Below, one piece after another: positions 33,665 through 37,017 of a DNA stretch of 37,017 nt. Positions within the stretch are counted from its first letter, which is position 1. Every line of letters starts with the position of its first letter. Below the pieces are notes generated by a model that did not search any database, had not been told where the DNA came from, and saw nothing but the letters and a program-made list of their open reading frames with translations. The position numbers and the translations under genes were made by a program. The stretch spans positions 1-37,017 of the forward strand of contig JASJQH010000055.1 in assembly GCA_040143965.1 (NCBI GenBank). The letters are read 5' to 3'. Source of the DNA: Basidiobolus ranarum. Taxonomy: Eukaryota.

Positions 33665-34924
33665 ATGAATACAAAAAACCACATTAACGTCGCCATCCGA
33701 GTGCGTCCTAGCGAGGTTTTACAGGATTCCCCTACCCTTTACGACTTTGTGGAGCCAAAAACTCTCGTCCTTAAAGAACAAAAGTGTGTAAGAGGGGACG
33801 TTGTCGAGAAAAAGCATGATTTTACTTTTGACCACGTTTTGGAAGAAACTGCAACTCAACAAGAAGTTTATTCAAAGACAGTAAAACCTATGGTAAATGC
33901 CTGGATTCAAGAAGGGAAACATGCAGCAGTGTTTGCGTATGGGTTTACGGGTACAGGAAAAAGTCATAGTTTATTCGGTACTGACGAACAACCAGGTTTA
34001 ATGGTCCTGGCCGCTCAGGAACTCTTGGATACAGTAGATACCACTTCAGGAGTCTCGCTGCGTGTTTCCATGTATGAAATTGCTGGAGATGCTTGTTTTG
34101 ATCTCTTAGCTGACAAAAGCAAATTAAAAGTAAGGACAGATAGTAGTGGTCATATTCATCTTCGTCAAGAGGGAGGTGGCTCTTTATCACGGCACTTCGT
34201 AACTTCTATGGATCAATTTCTTACCTTATGGAAGTCAGCTATGAAGGCTCGCTGTGTGGGGTCTTCAACGGTCCATGACGCTTCTTCTCGCTCCCATGGC
34301 GTTGTGGATATGCAAGTGATCTCCGATGCCCTTCTTGAAGCGGAGGAAAGAGTTCTGGTATGTGAAAAAGAGTTAATTCGAATCAGCAACGAAAAGGATG
34401 ATATATTAAAGGCACAAATCCAAGAGGCCTATGATCGAGAAGGCCCTGCGGCATTGGCCCCAGGAACTCCCTTGGGAGATGCAGTACAGCAGTTGGGTGT
34501 GCCTTATGAAGGTGCCTCTCACGCTTTGGATCAGGAACGACAGGCTTACCAAACTCTACTTGCCAACGCACCTGCTGTCCAGAAAGGCGGATTTTCTTTC
34601 ATTGATATGGCCGGTAACGACTGGGAAAAGGCGACGGCAACCCAAACCCCTCTGGCTCGATCAGAACATGCCGCCATCAATACATCCCTCCTGGCGGTCA
34701 AAGAATGCTTCCGCGCCTTGGCCAAAACTCCTGTACCAGCCCGTATTCCCTTTCGCAATTCCCCATTGACACAAGTACTTAAACGTCATTTCGAACCAGG
34801 GTCACTACTTTTAATGCTGGCAACAGTAGCTCTCCCAGTTACACCTGACGCTGAAGAAAATCATCGATGTGTAAGACAAAGTATGAATACACTTGCTTAT
34901 GCTAAATTGATTAAGAGTCGTTGA
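33665..34924 (+). CDS. Divergent motor-only kinesin (kinesin-13-like features), intronless, 419 aa
   Basis: INVAIRVRP, FTFDHV, P-loop AYGFTGTGKS, switch I SSRSH, switch II-like FIDMAGND, INTSLLAVKECFRAL, IPFRNSPLTQVLK and SMNTLAYA. Confidence 0.88.
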   Translation: MNTKNHINVAIRVRPSEVLQDSPTLYDFVEPKTLVLKEQKCVRGDVVEKKHDFTFDHVLEETATQQEVYSKTVKPMVNAWIQEGKHAAVFAYGFTGTGKSHSLFGTDEQPGLMVLAAQELLDTVDTTSGVSLRVSMYEIAGDACFDLLADKSKLKVRTDSSGHIHLRQEGGGSLSRHFVTSMDQFLTLWKSAMKARCVGSSTVHDASSRSHGVVDMQVISDALLEAEERVLVCEKELIRISNEKDDILKAQIQEAYDREGPAALAPGTPLGDAVQQLGVPYEGASHALDQERQAYQTLLANAPAVQKGGFSFIDMAGNDWEKATATQTPLARSEHAAINTSLLAVKECFRALAKTPVPARIPFRNSPLTQVLKRHFEPGSLLLMLATVALPVTPDAEENHRCVRQSMNTLAYAKLIKSR

Positions 34925-34989
34925 GAAATGGCACTAATTGTAAGATTCACATAATTTTATTAAATATTTTATTACTGCATTGACTTAAA

Positions 34990-36085
34990 CTTCAACTGTG
35001 TTAGGTGATTTTGTTGATTGTCTATGAGCACAGAACTAGTCAAATGTGATAGTTAGCATCATCTTGAACTGAACAGTCAAAATCGGTTGAAATATTTCAG
35101 TTGTGATCCTATAGTAGTGATATCATCAGGTTCATGTGCAAACTAATGATCTTTGTAGTGGAAATAGATTGCTCTCCTCAAAATGGACTATAATATGATT
35201 TAGTAGTTTGTTTACATCTAGCACAGACTATTGGATCATCTAGAATTGTTAATAGTAGCACAGCAGACTTGAGAGAAGAACAGTGGTTCTTTTTTTGATA
35301 TAAGAATTTCAATAGTCACCAACAACAATTTCAATAGTCACCAACCCTTAACAACAATTATGCTCTTCATATATTCACTCTGATATGATATGGAAAAAGC
35401 TCAAATATCCTGTTCAAGGTATTAGTAAATGATACTTCATATAGATACATAATTGACATGGTCAATCCCCAAGATTTTGTTTTAGCTTGGTTCAATTTCA
35501 ATGAATGTATCTGCTGAAATTTGATTTTTGTCATCATGAGGGGTCATTTTTGGTGAAAAGATTTCATTTTCATCAAACACACCATCCCAGAAATTGATTA
35601 ACCTTGAAACTTTGCTAACATAGAGTCTGTAGGCCTTAGTTTGAGTCCAATATACCAGAAATATATATTTCTTACTTTTTAAATCAAATTTGCATCAACT
35701 TTTAGTCATCATTCAGATATATGCAGTACATTGCAATACTTTCCATTGCTCTACATTAGGTTTAGCTTCAAACCAAGCTTGATACCATGCAAAGCTATGT
35801 AAAATCAATTATAACTGCAATTCTTTAGATATACAGATGCAACAACAAATTTTGCTCAAAAAATATGGATACATCTTAGACATTTATGATAGATTTATCT
35901 CTATTGGCCACTCTATCTTGTTGAGATGAGTAGAGAGCAGTAGCTTCTTGATTAGTTTGATTTATTTGGAAAAGTAAATAAGTAGTGTTGAACTACATTC
36001 TCCACCATTATCAGTACATATTTTTATAGTCATAGTTCCAGATGCAGTCTCAACAAGTGTTATAAAACTTCTGAAAATAGTGTTA
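34990..36085 (-). mobile_element. Degenerate Ty1/copia LTR-retrotransposon pol fragment (integrase core, post-integrase SH3-like region, possible RT start)
   Basis: Minus-strand translations with stops and frameshifts: FRSFITLVETASG..TIKICTDNGGE (cf. FKALVENQTG..LRTDNGGE), YQAWFEAKPNVEQWKVLQCTAYI (cf. PYEAWFGRKPNVSHLRVFGCxAY) and KFDLKSKKYIFLVYWTQTKAYRLY...WDGVFDE (cf. KLDPKSKKCIFLGY..KAYRLY..RDVVFDE). A weaker match, PDDITTIGS near 35110-35135, may be the RT start. The integrase-before-RT order fits copia. Boundaries are approximate and no LTR was found. Confidence 0.85.
35305..35345. repeat. 22-bp-period tandem duplication inside the copia relic
   Basis: aatttcaatagtcaccaac-aac-aatttcaatagtcaccaac. 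Confidence 0.8.
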
Positions 36086-36834
36086 AACTATTTGGGAGCT
36101 GGTTGGAAGTGGTTTGGAGAATTAGAGAAATTTGTGGTGTTCACTTATTGATTTATTGAGTGTTCAGTTGAAGTTTATAGTTTTGTCAAGATATAATCAA
36201 ACTAATGTGTAGAATATGTTAAGGAAAATTGCAGAAACATGTGTGCAAAGTTTGGGGCTTCTAGCACAGGTTTGAAGAATCAATATATCTAAGAACTTCT
36301 AAGTTGGTGTAAATATTCTAAGTAAATTCCTCATGAGAATAATGGGTAATATCTTGGTAAAATATAATATAACCAAGTGATAAGCTATATATGACTATAT
36401 AGGTGTTTAGGCAATGCTAATTTCAACAGATAGAGCGCTATTTCTTTTCTTTCTACAAAGTAGGCTCAAGTATATGTGCCTAATCATTAATGCATATGGT
36501 GTGACTGTATTACACATACCGTAAGGAGTATCTAAAACGTACTGGGGCCTAGGTATGACTCTGACTTCAAGCAATATATCAATGTATCTCGGATATCAAA
36601 TAGACAAGAATTGGTGACAAGGCTTTGTGAGCAAGTATTAGACAAGAATATATGAGCAAATAGTTGGTAATTAGACTATAACTTATTACATTGGCGACAG
36701 ATCCGATTTGTTGATTTAGCAAGTCTCAACAAAAGAAATATATGTGATATGTTCAAATTCTGAGCATAAAGTTACTCTAATAATAAATTAATATTAATAT
36801 TGAGGAAGGGTTCTAACGATACTAATTAATAATC

Positions 36835-37017
36835 TCAATAACTGCTCGACTCCGCCTCTTCCTTCACAGCTTTTTCCTCGACTACCACCGCCTTGTCGTC
36901 CTCCAAGATCGAGACGTGGCTACTCTCGGGTATAGATGCACCCTTCTCAACGTCTACATCCGTCTTCTCTGGTGCCAGGCCAGAGAGTTCGATTGGGTCG
37001 CTGTTGGAGGCCAAAAT
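36835..37017 (-). CDS. 3' end of an unidentified gene entering from beyond the window (acidic C-terminal tail)
   Basis: GC-richer open frame of 60 codons plus TGA: ILASNSDPIELSGLAPEKTDVDVEKGASIPESSHVSILEDDKAVVVEEKAVKEEAESSSY*. DVEKG-type motifs are common in cytosolic tails of fungal transporters, but this is a weak hint only. Confidence 0.7.
   Translation of the reverse strand: MLASNSDPIELSGLAPEKTDVDVEKGASIPESSHVSILEDDKAVVVEEKAVKEEAESSSY

Noticed and set aside
1..37017. tRNA, rRNA, spliceosomal snRNA, SECIS/selenoprotein, CRISPR array
   Set aside because: I found no convincing consensus by eye and no in-frame TGA within conserved host genes. A covariance-model scan would be needed to exclude ncRNAs fully.

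Overview
Eukaryotic, gene-dense, intron-rich fungal genomic DNA, AT-rich, with short introns of roughly 55-110 nt. The overall style suggests an early-diverging fungus (Zoopagomycota/Mucoromycota-like); this is inference. Splicing by eye gives 18 complete genes plus two partial genes at the edges. In order: partial ubiquitin (-), delta-COP/RET2 (-), RPL41 (+), SDH2 (+), MED22 (-), mitochondrial Hsp70/SSC1 (-), ITFG1/LINKIN-like FG-GAP protein (-), Mago nashi (+), proteasome beta3/PUP3 (+), GET5/MDY2 (-), SEC10 (+), FOL3-type dihydrofolate synthase (+), synaptobrevin (+), F-box/LRR protein (-), VMA8 (+), ASNSD1-like (+), SPO12-family (+), GSK3 (+), a divergent intronless kinesin (+), a decayed Ty1/copia pol fragment (-), and the 3' end of an unidentified gene (-). 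Ubiquitin, RPL41, Mago, synaptobrevin and the terminal gene are absent from the ORF track. Most of the window is ordinary housekeeping DNA and I see no clearly new multi-gene system. The best leads are at the right end. One is a motor-only kinesin-13-like gene with altered switch I/II motifs and an ~87-aa helical insertion. The other is the adjacent copia relic, almost completely stripped of CpG. Secondary leads are unusual splicing (split start codon, stop-only coding exon, a GC-AG intron, stop-free in-frame introns), candidate promoter motifs, a candidate structured RNA and an oddly substituted ubiquitin at the window edge.
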